Source: an uncultured bacterium
Lineage (GTDB): Bacteria; Hinthialibacterota; Hinthialibacteria; Hinthialibacterales; Hinthialibacteraceae
NCBI GenBank assembly: GCA_964449065.1
Contig: CAYVAZ010000001.1
Location: forward strand, 1-60,817
Direction: 5' to 3'
DNA length: 60,817 bases
Below the pieces are notes generated by a model, which was not told the origin of the DNA, made no database searches, and worked only from the letters and a program-made list of their open reading frames with translations. Below, piece by piece: positions 1 to 9,355 of this stretch. A program made the translations under genes and the position numbers. Numbering within the stretch: the stretch's first letter is position 1; each line of letters begins with the position of its first letter.

Positions 1-96
1 TGCGTAGTTGGAAGCGTGCTTCGATCCCCCCTAGCCCCCCTTAACAAGGGGGGAAACAACGGATATCAAGCCGTCATTTTTAGATTGACACAATCC
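1..96 (+). repeat. Dispersed intergenic repeat, copy A (probably truncated by the window start)
   Basis: Shares the core TTCGATCCCCCCTAGCCCCCCTTAACAAGGGGGGAAACAACGGATA...GATTGACA with copies near 1075, 13150, 15331, 51866, 53201 and 60735(-). C6 (35-40) / G6 (48-53) hairpin with a 7-nt loop. Confidence 0.85.
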
Positions 97-226
97 TAGG
101 CATCAATGAGTCACTTGTGAATGCGGAATAATTTCATAAGATTTAATTCTAACAACAGAGTTTAGGGATTAGAGTTTAGAGATTAGGGAATCGTATGATG
201 ACCATCCACAATAGAAAAGGTTGATT

Positions 227-1075
227 ATGGAATCCAAAAAAGTCACCGTTCCAACATTACATAAAATGAAAAAGCGCGGCGAAAAAATCGCTGTGCTAAC
301 GGCTTATGATTACACCTTTGCCAAGCTGATGGAACAAGCTCATGTGGATGTCATGCTGGTGGGTGACTCGTTGGGTATGGTCGTTCAAGGCAATGACGAT
401 ACACTGCCGGTAACGGTTGAAGATATCATCTACCATACCCGTGCCGTAAAACGGGCCGCCAAACGCTCATTGGTGGTGGCGGATATGCCCTTTTTGTCAT
501 ACCAAATTACAGAAGAAGAGGCCGTTCGCAACGCGGGACGTATCTTAAAAGAATCCGGCGCGGATGCCGTTAAATTGGAAGGCGGAATGCACGCCGCCGA
601 TGCCATCGATCACATGACCGCGGCCGGCATCCCGGTGATGGGGCATGTGGGGCTTGGTCCGCAATCCAGCAAGTTACTGGGCGGCTATAAAGTGCAGGGC
701 AAATCGTCCAATGCCATCAAACAGTTGATCGAAGATGCAAAAATGGTGGAAGAAGCCGGCGCCTTCAGTATTGTGATCGAAGCGGTTCCGTGGAGAGTGG
801 CTGAAATTATTACGCAAAAATTAACCATCCCCACCATCGGCATCGGAGCAGGCCCGCATTGTGACGGCCAGGTTTTGGTTTTTGCCGATATGCTGGGGTT
901 GTTCACCTCATTTCAACCGCATTTTGTCCGCCGCTTTGAAGCGTTAGGAGACGCATCCATCAATGCGTTTAAAGAATATTGCCGCACGGTAAAAGAAGGC
1001 GAGTTTCCTTCAATTGATGAGAGTTACCCGTTGGATGAGCAGGTTTATAATGCTCTTATTACCGAAAACCTTTAG
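227..1075 (+). CDS. panB: 3-methyl-2-oxobutanoate hydroxymethyltransferase (ketopantoate hydroxymethyltransferase)
   Basis: MESKKVTVPTLHKMKKRGEKIAVLTAYDY...VGDSLGMVVQG...GHVGL reads as PanB along its full length. ATG 227 lies 9 nt after AAAAGG; TTG 221 in the ORF track is an alternative start. panC and panD follow. Confidence 0.93.
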   Translation: MESKKVTVPTLHKMKKRGEKIAVLTAYDYTFAKLMEQAHVDVMLVGDSLGMVVQGNDDTLPVTVEDIIYHTRAVKRAAKRSLVVADMPFLSYQITEEEAVRNAGRILKESGADAVKLEGGMHAADAIDHMTAAGIPVMGHVGLGPQSSKLLGGYKVQGKSSNAIKQLIEDAKMVEEAGAFSIVIEAVPWRVAEIITQKLTIPTIGIGAGPHCDGQVLVFADMLGLFTSFQPHFVRRFEALGDASINAFKEYCRTVKEGEFPSIDESYPLDEQVYNALITENL

Positions 1076-1180
1076 TACAGTGTCAACGATTAAATGACGT
1101 GTGTCGATCCCCCCTACCCCCCTTATCAAGGGGGACAACAACGGATAACCAGCCGTCATTTTTTGATTGACAGACTACTA
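1075..1180 (+). repeat. Dispersed intergenic repeat, copy B (apparently complete, with imperfect terminal inverted repeats)
   Basis: Left end GTACAGTGTCAACGAT; the reverse complement of the right end is GTAGTCTGTCAATCAA. TA lies on both flanks (1073-1074 and 1179-1180). Same C-rich hairpin core as copy A. Sits between panB and panC. Confidence 0.8.
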
Positions 1181-1203
1181 GAGCAATTTATTAAGGTATT
1201 CCA

Positions 1204-2043
1204 TTGAAAGTCATTCGCACCATTGCTGAAATGCGCCGCGTTTCTAAAGAGATTCGTCTTCAAAAACAAACATTGGGTTGTGTGCCCACAATGGGATATT
1301 TGCACGAAGGACATCTATCTCTGATTCGGGATTCGTTGAATCAGACCGGTCAAACCGTCGTAACCATTTATGTGAATCCTACCCAATTCGGCCCCCATGA
1401 AGATTTAGAGCATTATCCCCGCGACGAAGAAAGGGATGTATCTCTACTCGAAAAAGAAGGCGTCGATGTTGTTTTTATTCCAGACCATGCAGAAATCTAT
1501 CCGGAAGGGTTTTCTACCTATGTAAATCCCCCGGTTGCGGCAGAACACTGGTGCGGGGCAAGCCGGCCGGGACACTTTCGCGGTGTGTGTACAATCGTCG
1601 CGATTCTTTTTAACATCATTCATCCCACTCACGCGTTCTTTGGACAAAAAGACGCCCAGCAATGCGCTGTCATCCAATCGATGGTTGATGATTTAAAAAT
1701 CCCTGTGCAAATTCATGTTTGTCCCACTGTTCGTGAAGATGATGGCTTGGCAATGTCTTCCCGCAATAAATACCTTTCTGAAGATGAACGTAAAGACGCG
1801 TTGGCATTGTACCAAACCTTACAACAGGGAATTCAGCGATTCCAAGATGGAACAACCAAAGCGGACGATATACTGTTGGAAGGCTTCAAACGGATTCAAT
1901 CCAATCCCAATATCCGGTTGGATTATTTAGCCGTTGTCGATGAGAAAACGTTTCAACCGGTTGATTTTGTCCGGCAAGGCCACTTTTATATTGGCGCCAT
2001 CTATGCCGGTAAAACCCGCTTGATCGACAATATACGCTTTTAA
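1204..2043 (+). CDS. panC: Pantoate--beta-alanine ligase
   Basis: VPTMGYLHEGHLSLIR motif at the usual N-terminal position and a full-length PanC-like sequence. TTG start with AAGG 8 nt upstream. Confidence 0.93.
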   Translation: MKVIRTIAEMRRVSKEIRLQKQTLGCVPTMGYLHEGHLSLIRDSLNQTGQTVVTIYVNPTQFGPHEDLEHYPRDEERDVSLLEKEGVDVVFIPDHAEIYPEGFSTYVNPPVAAEHWCGASRPGHFRGVCTIVAILFNIIHPTHAFFGQKDAQQCAVIQSMVDDLKIPVQIHVCPTVREDDGLAMSSRNKYLSEDERKDALALYQTLQQGIQRFQDGTTKADDILLEGFKRIQSNPNIRLDYLAVVDEKTFQPVDFVRQGHFYIGAIYAGKTRLIDNIRF

Positions 2044-2057
2044 AAAGGAACAAAACG

Positions 2058-2438
2058 ATGCAGCGCATGATGTTGAAATCCAAAATTCAAGAAGCCACGG
2101 TTACCGATAAAGAAATGCACTATGCCGGAAGTTTGGCAATGGACACTGATCTGTTGGAAGCCGCGGATATCATGACCGGTGAACAGGTTCATATCTTCAA
2201 CGTAACAAATGGGCAGCGATTGATTACCTATGCAATCCCCGCTCGCAAAGGGTCCGGAATAATTTCCGTCAAAGGCGCGGCCGCCCGTTTAATAGAAAAA
2301 GGGGATAAAATTTTGATTCTCTCATTCGCACAGATAGATGAAGAAGAACTCTCCACCTATTCTCACCGCATTGTTTATGTTGATAATAAGAATCATCTGG
2401 TGCGTGTAGAAGACCGGACCGAAGAAGATTATTTATAA
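2058..2438 (+). CDS. panD: Aspartate 1-decarboxylase
   Basis: 126 aa. MLKSKIQEATVT...YAGSLAMD (Gly-Ser self-cleavage site context)...FNVTNGQRL..YAI is typical PanD. Confidence 0.92.
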   Translation: MQRMMLKSKIQEATVTDKEMHYAGSLAMDTDLLEAADIMTGEQVHIFNVTNGQRLITYAIPARKGSGIISVKGAAARLIEKGDKILILSFAQIDEEELSTYSHRIVYVDNKNHLVRVEDRTEEDYL

Positions 2439-2464
2439 GCGGCATTCTTCAAGGAGCATTTCAT

Positions 2465-4090
2465 TTGAATACACCGGCCATTCACAGTGACTTTTTAATT
2501 TTGGGAACCGGTGTAGCGGGTCTCACCTTTGCATTGCGTGCTGCCGAACACGGCTCGGTCAATCTCATCACCAAAAAAGAAAAACACGAATCCAACACCA
2601 ACTACGCGCAAGGCGGCATTGCCGCCGTATTCGATCACAGCGATTCGTTTGAATCTCATATCCATGACACCCTCGTTGCCGGGGCCGGGTTGTGCCACGA
2701 AAAAACCGTGCGCATTATTGTGGAACACGGGCCGGAAGTGATCCAAGAATTGATGCGCTTTGGCGCGCGATTTACCACCGGTGTTGAAGGCGAATTGGAT
2801 CTAGGGCAGGAAGGCGGCCATTCGTTTCGCCGCATTGTTCACTCCAAAGATTTAACCGGAAGAGAAGTAGAGCGCTCGTTGCTGGCACAAATTCACGCGC
2901 ACCCGAATATAACCATCTATGAGCATCATGTAGGCGCGGAATTGGTGGTCGATCAAGAACCCAAACGGTGCTGGGGGGCATGGGTTTGGGATGTGCGGCA
3001 CAATGAACTCCTTTTGTTTCTTGCCGGAGTAACCGTTTTATGCACCGGCGGCTGCGGCCAAATTTATCAACACAGCACCAATCCGCAGACGGCGACGGGA
3101 GACGGCATGGCTTTGGCGTTTCGCAAGGGAGCGCGTATCGCCAATATGGAATTCATGCAGTTTCATCCCACCGCGTTTTACGATCCCATGATCACCCGGC
3201 CGTTTTTAATTTCCGAAGCGGTACGGGGTGAAGGCGCGGTATTGCGGACCGCGGACGGCACGGCCTTTATGGAAAAATACAGCGAAGAAAAAGAACTCTC
3301 TCCCCGCGATATTGTTGCCCGCGCGATTGATCATGAAATCAAATCCCGCGGCGATTCTTGCTGTTATTTGGATATCACTCACAAAGACGATGCGTTTTTA
3401 GAAGAACGCTTTCCCGCCATTACGGATTATTGCAAATCCAAAGGTGTCGATCCCTCCACGAATTGGATTCCCGTCATTCCGGCGGCGCACTACACCTGCG
3501 GCGGAGTCATGACCAATGAATTCGGCGAAACCGATATCGCCGGTTTGTATGCTGCCGGGGAAGTGGCCTTTACCGGTGTGCACGGCGCCAACCGTTTGGC
3601 CAGCAATTCCATTTTAGAAGGCTTGGTCTTCTCGAAACGTGCTGTTCGCCATGCCATTGAAACCGGTATGTTCCGGCAGCAGCCGCCCGCTTCCGCAGCT
3701 TGTCCTTGGGTTATCAATAAAAATCTCCCCTTGGAAGCGGTACGATTGGTCAGCACAAAACAATCGCTCAAAAAACTGATGTGGGATTATGTAGGAATTG
3801 TCCGCTCAACCGACCGGTTGGAAATTGCCTTGAAGCATATCAAACTCATACGTGAAGAGATGGATAGCTACATTCAACGCGGGTTTATGAATGCCTCGCT
3901 GCTGGAAAACCGGAGTTTGGCCATTGTATCCGAATTGATCATTCTAAGCGCGCGGCATCGTCTCGAAAGCCGCGGCCTTCACTATACCGTTGATTATCAG
4001 GATACGTGGCAAGAATGTCTTGATACGGTTTTGCAAGTAAAAGACAATCAGGAAATCGATATCCAACACACACCGGTACCCCATGAATGA
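2465..4090 (+). CDS. nadB: L-aspartate oxidase
   Basis: FAD-binding LILGTGVAGL N-terminus, HPTA and ESRGLHY motifs, 541 aa. TTG start 8 nt after AAGGAG. The distinction from SdhA/FrdA flavoproteins rests on length and C-terminal motifs only. Confidence 0.85.
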   Translation: MNTPAIHSDFLILGTGVAGLTFALRAAEHGSVNLITKKEKHESNTNYAQGGIAAVFDHSDSFESHIHDTLVAGAGLCHEKTVRIIVEHGPEVIQELMRFGARFTTGVEGELDLGQEGGHSFRRIVHSKDLTGREVERSLLAQIHAHPNITIYEHHVGAELVVDQEPKRCWGAWVWDVRHNELLLFLAGVTVLCTGGCGQIYQHSTNPQTATGDGMALAFRKGARIANMEFMQFHPTAFYDPMITRPFLISEAVRGEGAVLRTADGTAFMEKYSEEKELSPRDIVARAIDHEIKSRGDSCCYLDITHKDDAFLEERFPAITDYCKSKGVDPSTNWIPVIPAAHYTCGGVMTNEFGETDIAGLYAAGEVAFTGVHGANRLASNSILEGLVFSKRAVRHAIETGMFRQQPPASAACPWVINKNLPLEAVRLVSTKQSLKKLMWDYVGIVRSTDRLEIALKHIKLIREEMDSYIQRGFMNASLLENRSLAIVSELIILSARHRLESRGLHYTVDYQDTWQECLDTVLQVKDNQEIDIQHTPVPHE

Positions 4091-4169
4091 ATCCGTTGCA
4101 ACCATTCCCGCCATCAATCCCGCCATCATATTCATACTTACCATCGCCACCATCGCAACCAACGCTATT

Positions 4170-5561
4170 TCATGCATCCAGATCACGAAGACAATGTAGA
4201 ATCGCATCCATAAGATGATCAATTTCTGCTTCGGTTGAAATGTAAGGCGGGACAATAACAAGCGTGTTCCCTAACGGCCGCAGCCAAATGCCGTGTTTCC
4301 GCAGCGCAAAACAAACCTTGGCGCCAACTTGCTCTTCGATTGGATAGTCTTCTTGGTTGGTTCTGCTTTTCGTCAAATCAATTCCGGCAATCAATCCGAT
4401 GCTATGAATATCCTTTACATGATCACTGGCTTCAAACAATACATCGAGTTTTTTGGATAAGTGATGGCCGAGTTCGTTGATTCTGGCCAGCGTGTTTTCC
4501 CGTTCCATCATGTCTAAATTCGCCAAGGCCGCGGCACAGCCCAATGGATTGCCCGTGAAACTATGTCCGTGAAAAAAGGTTTTAAACTCATCATACCGGC
4601 CTAAGAAACCTTCAAAGACCCGCTGTGTTGTCATGGTCGCGGCTAGCGGTACATACCCGCCGGTAATACTCTTTGCCAAGGTCATAAAGTCCGGCGTGAT
4701 GCCTTCGCGTTCACAGGCAAACAGAGTCCCCGTCCGTCCAAATCCGGTAAAAACTTCGTCGGTGATTAAAAACGTATCGTACCGGTCGCATAACTCCCGC
4801 AGGCCGCGCAAAAAGCCGGGAGACTGCGTCAAGATTCCCGATGCCCCCTGCACCAACGGCTCAATCATAACCGCGGCAACCCTGTGAGCATGTTCCTTCA
4901 ATATGCGTTCGCATTGCTCCAAACATTTTGCGTTGATTTGTTCCGGTGTTTCTTTAGAAGTGTATTTGGAATAAACCGGGTACGAAACACTAAAGCGTTC
5001 AAACAAAAGTGGTCCGAAGATTCCATGAAACAACGGAAACCCGCCCATGCTTACACCGCCGATTGTGTCGCCATGATAGGCGTTATCAAATGTGATGAAG
5101 GTCATGCGTTCCGGTTGGGGCGATTCACACTGCTGCCAATATTGAAAGGCCATCTTGATAGCAATTTCACCGGCTGTGGACCCGTTGTCTGAGTAGAAGA
5201 CTTTATCCAATCCGCCGGGTGTGATCTCCACCAGTTTCTTCGCCAAATTTGTGGCGGGAACATTTGCCAATCCCAGCATGGTCGAATGCGCGATTTGATC
5301 CAACTGAATTTTTATGGCATCGGTGATTTGTTTATTTTGATGGCCAAAGGTATTCAGCCATAAGGATGAGTTGCCGTCAAAATATTTATTGCCTTCAATA
5401 TCATACAAATACGCGCCCTCTCCTTGCGAAATGATGAGAGGTTCGCTCTGCATGTAATCCCGCATCTGAGTAAAGGGATGCCATGTATACTGCTGATCCC
5501 ACTCTTTCAGTTGGTTTATTTTTTCGGGGGTAAATTGAGTTGCTGAATCAGTAAATTCCAT
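4170..5561 (-). CDS. bioA: Adenosylmethionine-8-amino-7-oxononanoate aminotransferase
   Basis: Class III PLP aminotransferase pattern (YHGDT, DEVFTGFGRTG, TLAKSITGG) and adjacency to bioD. Start taken at MEFTDS (5561); the ORF-track start 5588 is possible. Confidence 0.88.
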   Translation of the reverse strand: MEFTDSATQFTPEKINQLKEWDQQYTWHPFTQMRDYMQSEPLIISQGEGAYLYDIEGNKYFDGNSSLWLNTFGHQNKQITDAIKIQLDQIAHSTMLGLANVPATNLAKKLVEITPGGLDKVFYSDNGSTAGEIAIKMAFQYWQQCESPQPERMTFITFDNAYHGDTIGGVSMGGFPLFHGIFGPLLFERFSVSYPVYSKYTSKETPEQINAKCLEQCERILKEHAHRVAAVMIEPLVQGASGILTQSPGFLRGLRELCDRYDTFLITDEVFTGFGRTGTLFACEREGITPDFMTLAKSITGGYVPLAATMTTQRVFEGFLGRYDEFKTFFHGHSFTGNPLGCAAALANLDMMERENTLARINELGHHLSKKLDVLFEASDHVKDIHSIGLIAGIDLTKSRTNQEDYPIEEQVGAKVCFALRKHGIWLRPLGNTLVIVPPYISTEAEIDHLMDAILHCLRDLDA

Positions 5562-6250
5562 TGAACCATATCCTTTATAAATTCCCACAATTGTTCGGGG
5601 TTGTTGCCCATCAACAATTCATGTTGAATATGAGGGATGGTACCAAGGATAGGAGCTTCACTCAGCCGCTCAATGGTTGTGATATTGTCTTTATGGATGA
5701 GGTTTTCTTCGACTGGTGCAGGATATGTAAACACAATACCAGCTAAAGTCTGGCCGCTGTTTCGAATGGATTCTACCGTTAAAAGTGTGTGGTTGATGGT
5801 TCCCAATATATTGGATGAAACCAATATAACCGGCAGATTCAACTGCCTGGCAAAATCCCGTACCAGCATATTGGAATAAATCGGTACCAGCCAACCGCCA
5901 ACCCCTTCAATCAATACAGCTTCATAGCGGCTTGCGGTTTGTTGAATCTCTTCCTGTATCCACTGGATTGGAATCGTAAGATTTTGCATCTCAGCTGCCA
6001 AATGTGGAGAGGCCGGATACTCCAAACAAAATGGATTCAACGTTTGCAGCGGTTCGTCTATTTTGGAAATTTGTTTGAATTTAATTGCGTCTTCCGAAAC
6101 CAATTTTTGCTCCACCCATACCCCACCGGAAGCGACCGGTTTAAGAGGGCAGCAATTCACCCCTTTTGTTTTCAGGCCGAAAGACAGGATTGCTGTGGCA
6201 ATGGTTTTGCCGATTTCCGTACCGGTTCCGGTAATAAAAAATCCATTCAT
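5516..6250 (-). CDS. bioD: Dethiobiotin synthase
   Basis: MNGFFITGTGTEIGKT P-loop N-terminus typical of BioD. The extension to 6316 in the ORF track is unlikely. The 3' end overlaps the bioA 5' end. Confidence 0.88.
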   Translation of the reverse strand: MNGFFITGTGTEIGKTIATAILSFGLKTKGVNCCPLKPVASGGVWVEQKLVSEDAIKFKQISKIDEPLQTLNPFCLEYPASPHLAAEMQNLTIPIQWIQEEIQQTASRYEAVLIEGVGGWLVPIYSNMLVRDFARQLNLPVILVSSNILGTINHTLLTVESIRNSGQTLAGIVFTYPAPVEENLIHKDNITTIERLSEAPILGTIPHIQHELLMGNNPEQLWEFIKDMVQWNLLIQQLNLPPKK

Positions 6251-6460
6251 GATCGCGGTGCTGCGTGTTTCGGATTCCGTATAGATTAAAAAAGTGAAGA
6301 AAATGATCTCCGGCAATTGTTTTGATTGTGGTTGATTTTGGGTTGACCGTAAAGTGTCTCATGGTTGTTTGAGAGTTTCCCCATTCGAAATAACTAGAAT
6401 TTCCCTTCCAGTTCGGGTACTATTTAACATAACTTTCGGCATGTTTGACGTTTTCTTATT

Positions 6461-7135
6461 ATGAATGCACCGTTAAAAAAACTGTATGCCTGCTTGGATA
6501 AAGAATCGCAGAAAACGTTTTTTGCTTCCATGGTAGAGCAAAAAGGGACGACAGCGGAGCTGCGAAGTTCTCACACCATTTCGCAAGGGGATGTTCTTTT
6601 GCTCAAGCCCGTGGAAGAAGGCTGGGATGGCAAACCGTTTTCCCCATCCGATATATCCAATGCACCCGACGTGCTGGAAGGCAATGTCACCCGGGCTGAA
6701 GGACGCGGTGTATTCTTTATCCGGATGCTGTCGTTTGCCGAGCAAGATATTGCTCAACAGGTGCGGACCGGAAAATTGAGCAAAGACAATCTGCGGATCG
6801 AACGTTCGGAGGCGGGTTTGATCGCTACCGTGAAACTACAAGGCCGTATCGCAATGGAATCCGCCACCAAAATTAAACCGTATATTACCAAATCCGAACA
6901 AACCTGCATCTTGTTGGATTTTACAGGCCTTAGTTATATCGCAAAAAACAGTATAAACATGCTGTATCTTTCGTTGAAAGATGCCTGGGAAGATGGCAAG
7001 CATTTATCCATTTTAGTGAATCCTTCTTCTTCCGTGGAAGAAAGTATTGCCGACTCGAAAATTCGGGAAATAGCCGATATTCAGCGGGACCGCGATGAAG
7101 CGGTTGCGGCTTTAATCAGCCGAAATTTAACGTAA
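6461..7135 (+). CDS. Hypothetical protein with a C-terminal STAS-like (anti-sigma-antagonist-like) domain
   Basis: The C-terminal ~100 aa (ATVKLQGRIAMESATKIKPYI...CILLDFTGLSYIAKNSINMLYLSL...LSILVNPSSSVEESI) has the STAS beta-alpha pattern. The N-terminal half is unassigned. Confidence 0.45.
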   Translation: MNAPLKKLYACLDKESQKTFFASMVEQKGTTAELRSSHTISQGDVLLLKPVEEGWDGKPFSPSDISNAPDVLEGNVTRAEGRGVFFIRMLSFAEQDIAQQVRTGKLSKDNLRIERSEAGLIATVKLQGRIAMESATKIKPYITKSEQTCILLDFTGLSYIAKNSINMLYLSLKDAWEDGKHLSILVNPSSSVEESIADSKIREIADIQRDRDEAVAALISRNLT

Positions 7136-7161
7136 GAAAATTGTACATAAATCAAATTCAT

Positions 7162-7914
7162 ATGCTATCAACTCATATTCCATCCTTAAATGAAGACCGT
7201 CTAAACACGATGAGGCGCTTGGCTGAAAACTTGGGTCTCACTGGGGTAGACCCGACTTTGCTTCATTTGGCGTTATGCCATAGCTCGTATGCCAACGAAC
7301 AAGACAACTGCGAAAACTTCGGCAATGAACGGTTGGAGTTTTTGGGAGACGCGATAATCGGGTTTATTGTCACCGAAAAACTCTACAATGAGTATCCCGA
7401 TTTACGCGAAGGCCAACTCTCCAAAATCAAATCGATTGTCGTCAGCAAACGGATTCTTGCCAAATGCAGCGATGAGTTGGGGTTTGGTGAACATTTGTTG
7501 CTGGGCAAGGGCGAAGAACAAACCGGCGGAAGAACACGGTTTTCTATCCTCGGCAATTTGTTTGAAAGCGTAGTCGGCGCGATCCATCTTTCCTGCGGGA
7601 TGGATCGCAGCAAGCAGTTTATCTATGAGCAGCTCAATGAAGAAATTGAACTGGCCGTCCGCGGTGAAAGTATCGTAGACTATAAATCAATCTTGCAGGA
7701 ACAAGTGCAAAAGCAGTTCGGGGTGCTTCCTCTTTACTGCCTGGTATCTTCGACGGGGCCGGATCACGACAAGGATTTTGTTGTGGAGGTTTTTGTTCGT
7801 GATCATTGTGTTGGCCGCGGCACCGGCAAGAGCAAAAAACGCGCGGAAAAAGACGCCGCCTCCAACGCGCTTGAATACATTAAACTCAATGGATACTCTC
7901 TCGCTGAAGAATGA
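7162..7914 (+). CDS. rnc: Ribonuclease III
   Basis: ERLEFLGDAIIG signature plus a C-terminal dsRBD (GPDHDKDFVVEV...GTGKSKKRAEKDAA). Start uncertain (7141 TTG, 7162 or 7210). Confidence 0.93.
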   Translation: MLSTHIPSLNEDRLNTMRRLAENLGLTGVDPTLLHLALCHSSYANEQDNCENFGNERLEFLGDAIIGFIVTEKLYNEYPDLREGQLSKIKSIVVSKRILAKCSDELGFGEHLLLGKGEEQTGGRTRFSILGNLFESVVGAIHLSCGMDRSKQFIYEQLNEEIELAVRGESIVDYKSILQEQVQKQFGVLPLYCLVSSTGPDHDKDFVVEVFVRDHCVGRGTGKSKKRAEKDAASNALEYIKLNGYSLAEE

Positions 7915-8930
7915 AAGTGCTTCCTCTCTATCTTCCCCACAAAGGCTGTACACACCAATGTGTGTACTGCAATCAGCCCCTAACCGTCGGTGTTGCGGAT
8001 GACCGCCATCTCTGGAATTCCCGCCTTCAATCGCTTGATTCTTCCGGCCATCCAGACTGGGAAATCGCGTTTTACAGCGGAACCTTTACCGCACTGCCCT
8101 ATGAATTCATGGATACATGCTTTCAAGAAACAGCACACGCCTTTTCTTGTTCGTCTGTAAAAGGATACCGGATCTCCACCAGACCCGACCGGGTCAGCGA
8201 TAGCATACTGGATTATTTGAAGAACAACGGCGTCACCACAATTGAACTGGGGGTAGAATCGCTTGATGACCACGTTTTACGAAAATCCGCGCGCGGGCAT
8301 AGCTCGGATGATGTGAGGGATGCTTGCCGCCGCATTCAACACAAAGGCTTTCAACTCGGAATGCACCTAATGTGCGGCTTGCCGGGACAAAATGAAACAT
8401 CTTGGCAAGCAACCGTGCAAGAAACCCTTGCCATCAAGCCGGATTGCGTGAGAATCGCTCCCACAATTGTATTGAAAGATACACCATTGGCAAAATTATA
8501 TGATCGTGGGGATTATCAGCCTCTAAGTTTGGAAGAAGCCATTGTGCAATCTGCCTATGCCTATCAGCGTTTTCGGCATCACAACATCTCCGTAATCCGG
8601 GTCGGTTTGGCCCTATCAGATGAGCAAGGATGCGGGGAAGAGAAAATAGTTGCGGGCCCGTGGCATCCAGCTCTGCGCCATGAAGTGGAATCGCGTCTTG
8701 CATTCCACACCATCACAAATTCACTTCCTTCTTTAAACCAAAAGAAAATTACCATCCATCCCAAAGATTATTCGGTTGTGATTGGGTCCAAAAAACACAA
8801 TCAAAAAAAATTGAGCGGGTTGGGATATGAAGTTGTGATCCATACAAACGAATCCATTCCCAGACATAGGTTCTCCATCAATAATAAAGAAATACAACCG
8901 TTATTTGGTGTACCGAAAGAGGATCAATGA
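7911..8930 (+). CDS. Radical SAM protein (Elp3-like, without an acetyltransferase domain)
   Basis: N-terminal LPHKGCTHQCVYCNQ CxxxCxxC cluster motif and TIM-barrel-like continuation. The ATG overlaps the rnc stop (ATGA). Confidence 0.75.
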   Translation: MKVLPLYLPHKGCTHQCVYCNQPLTVGVADDRHLWNSRLQSLDSSGHPDWEIAFYSGTFTALPYEFMDTCFQETAHAFSCSSVKGYRISTRPDRVSDSILDYLKNNGVTTIELGVESLDDHVLRKSARGHSSDDVRDACRRIQHKGFQLGMHLMCGLPGQNETSWQATVQETLAIKPDCVRIAPTIVLKDTPLAKLYDRGDYQPLSLEEAIVQSAYAYQRFRHHNISVIRVGLALSDEQGCGEEKIVAGPWHPALRHEVESRLAFHTITNSLPSLNQKKITIHPKDYSVVIGSKKHNQKKLSGLGYEVVIHTNESIPRHRFSINNKEIQPLFGVPKEDQ

Positions 8931-9355
8931 GTGAACCCGGCCGCGTTTTGGCATTGGATATTGGCAGCAAACGCATCGGCATGGCGCTATCGGATGCCAT
9001 GCGCATCATCGCGCAGCCCATTGGTTTTTTGCAGCGTACCGGCTTTGAACACGATCTGGCTTCGTTATTCGCCACAATCGACGAATACCAAATCACCGAA
9101 TTGGTTGTGGGTTTGCCCAAACGGTTAGACGGCTCCCACGGAGACATGGCAAACGAGGCGAAACAATTTGCCAATGCCGTGAAAGAACAAAAGAAAATCC
9201 GCATTAAAATGTGGGACGAACGTTTCTCGACACACGCCGCCGAACGTGCTTTACTCGAAGGAAACGTGCGGCGCTCCAAACGCAAAGAAAAGATCGACCA
9301 AACCGCCGCCGTTTGGATTCTGCAAGGCTACCTGGATCAATGCAGCCGCCAATAA
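8927..9355 (+). CDS. ruvX: Holliday-junction-resolvase-like pre-16S rRNA nuclease YqgF/RuvX
   Basis: RVLALDIGSKRIGMALSD N-terminus, ...VVGLPKRLDGS...DERFST... is typical YqgF. Overlaps the upstream stop. Confidence 0.9.
   Translation: MSEPGRVLALDIGSKRIGMALSDAMRIIAQPIGFLQRTGFEHDLASLFATIDEYQITELVVGLPKRLDGSHGDMANEAKQFANAVKEQKKIRIKMWDERFSTHAAERALLEGNVRRSKRKEKIDQTAAVWILQGYLDQCSRQ

Noticed and set aside
150-200. TTTAGGGATTAGAGTTTAGAGATTAGGGAA quasi-tandem stretch upstream of panB
   Set aside because: There are only two or three imperfect ~13-nt units. It is single-copy within the window and no function can be supported.
1167-1194. TTGACA-N16-TATTAA inside and after repeat copy B, as an element-borne outward promoter for panC
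   Set aside because: The putative -10 overlaps the AAGG Shine-Dalgarno of panC and would leave essentially no leader in front of a TTG start. The TTGACA is part of the element's terminal inverted repeat and has no matching -10 in copies A and F. Co-transcription with panB is more likely.
4091-4169. Short direct repeats (TCCCGCCATCA x2, CCATCGC x2) in the convergent nadB/bioA gap
   Set aside because: They are very short, have low information content and form no hairpin or terminator. They probably have no function, though the absence of an obvious terminator between the convergent genes was noted.
9211-9339. N-terminal 43-codon extension of the GT-C-like ORF (Arg-rich MGRTFLDTRRRT...)
   Set aside because: It lies entirely within ruvX in another frame. 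The ATG at 9340 gives a normal hydrophobic N-terminus and a typical short overlap with the ruvX stop.
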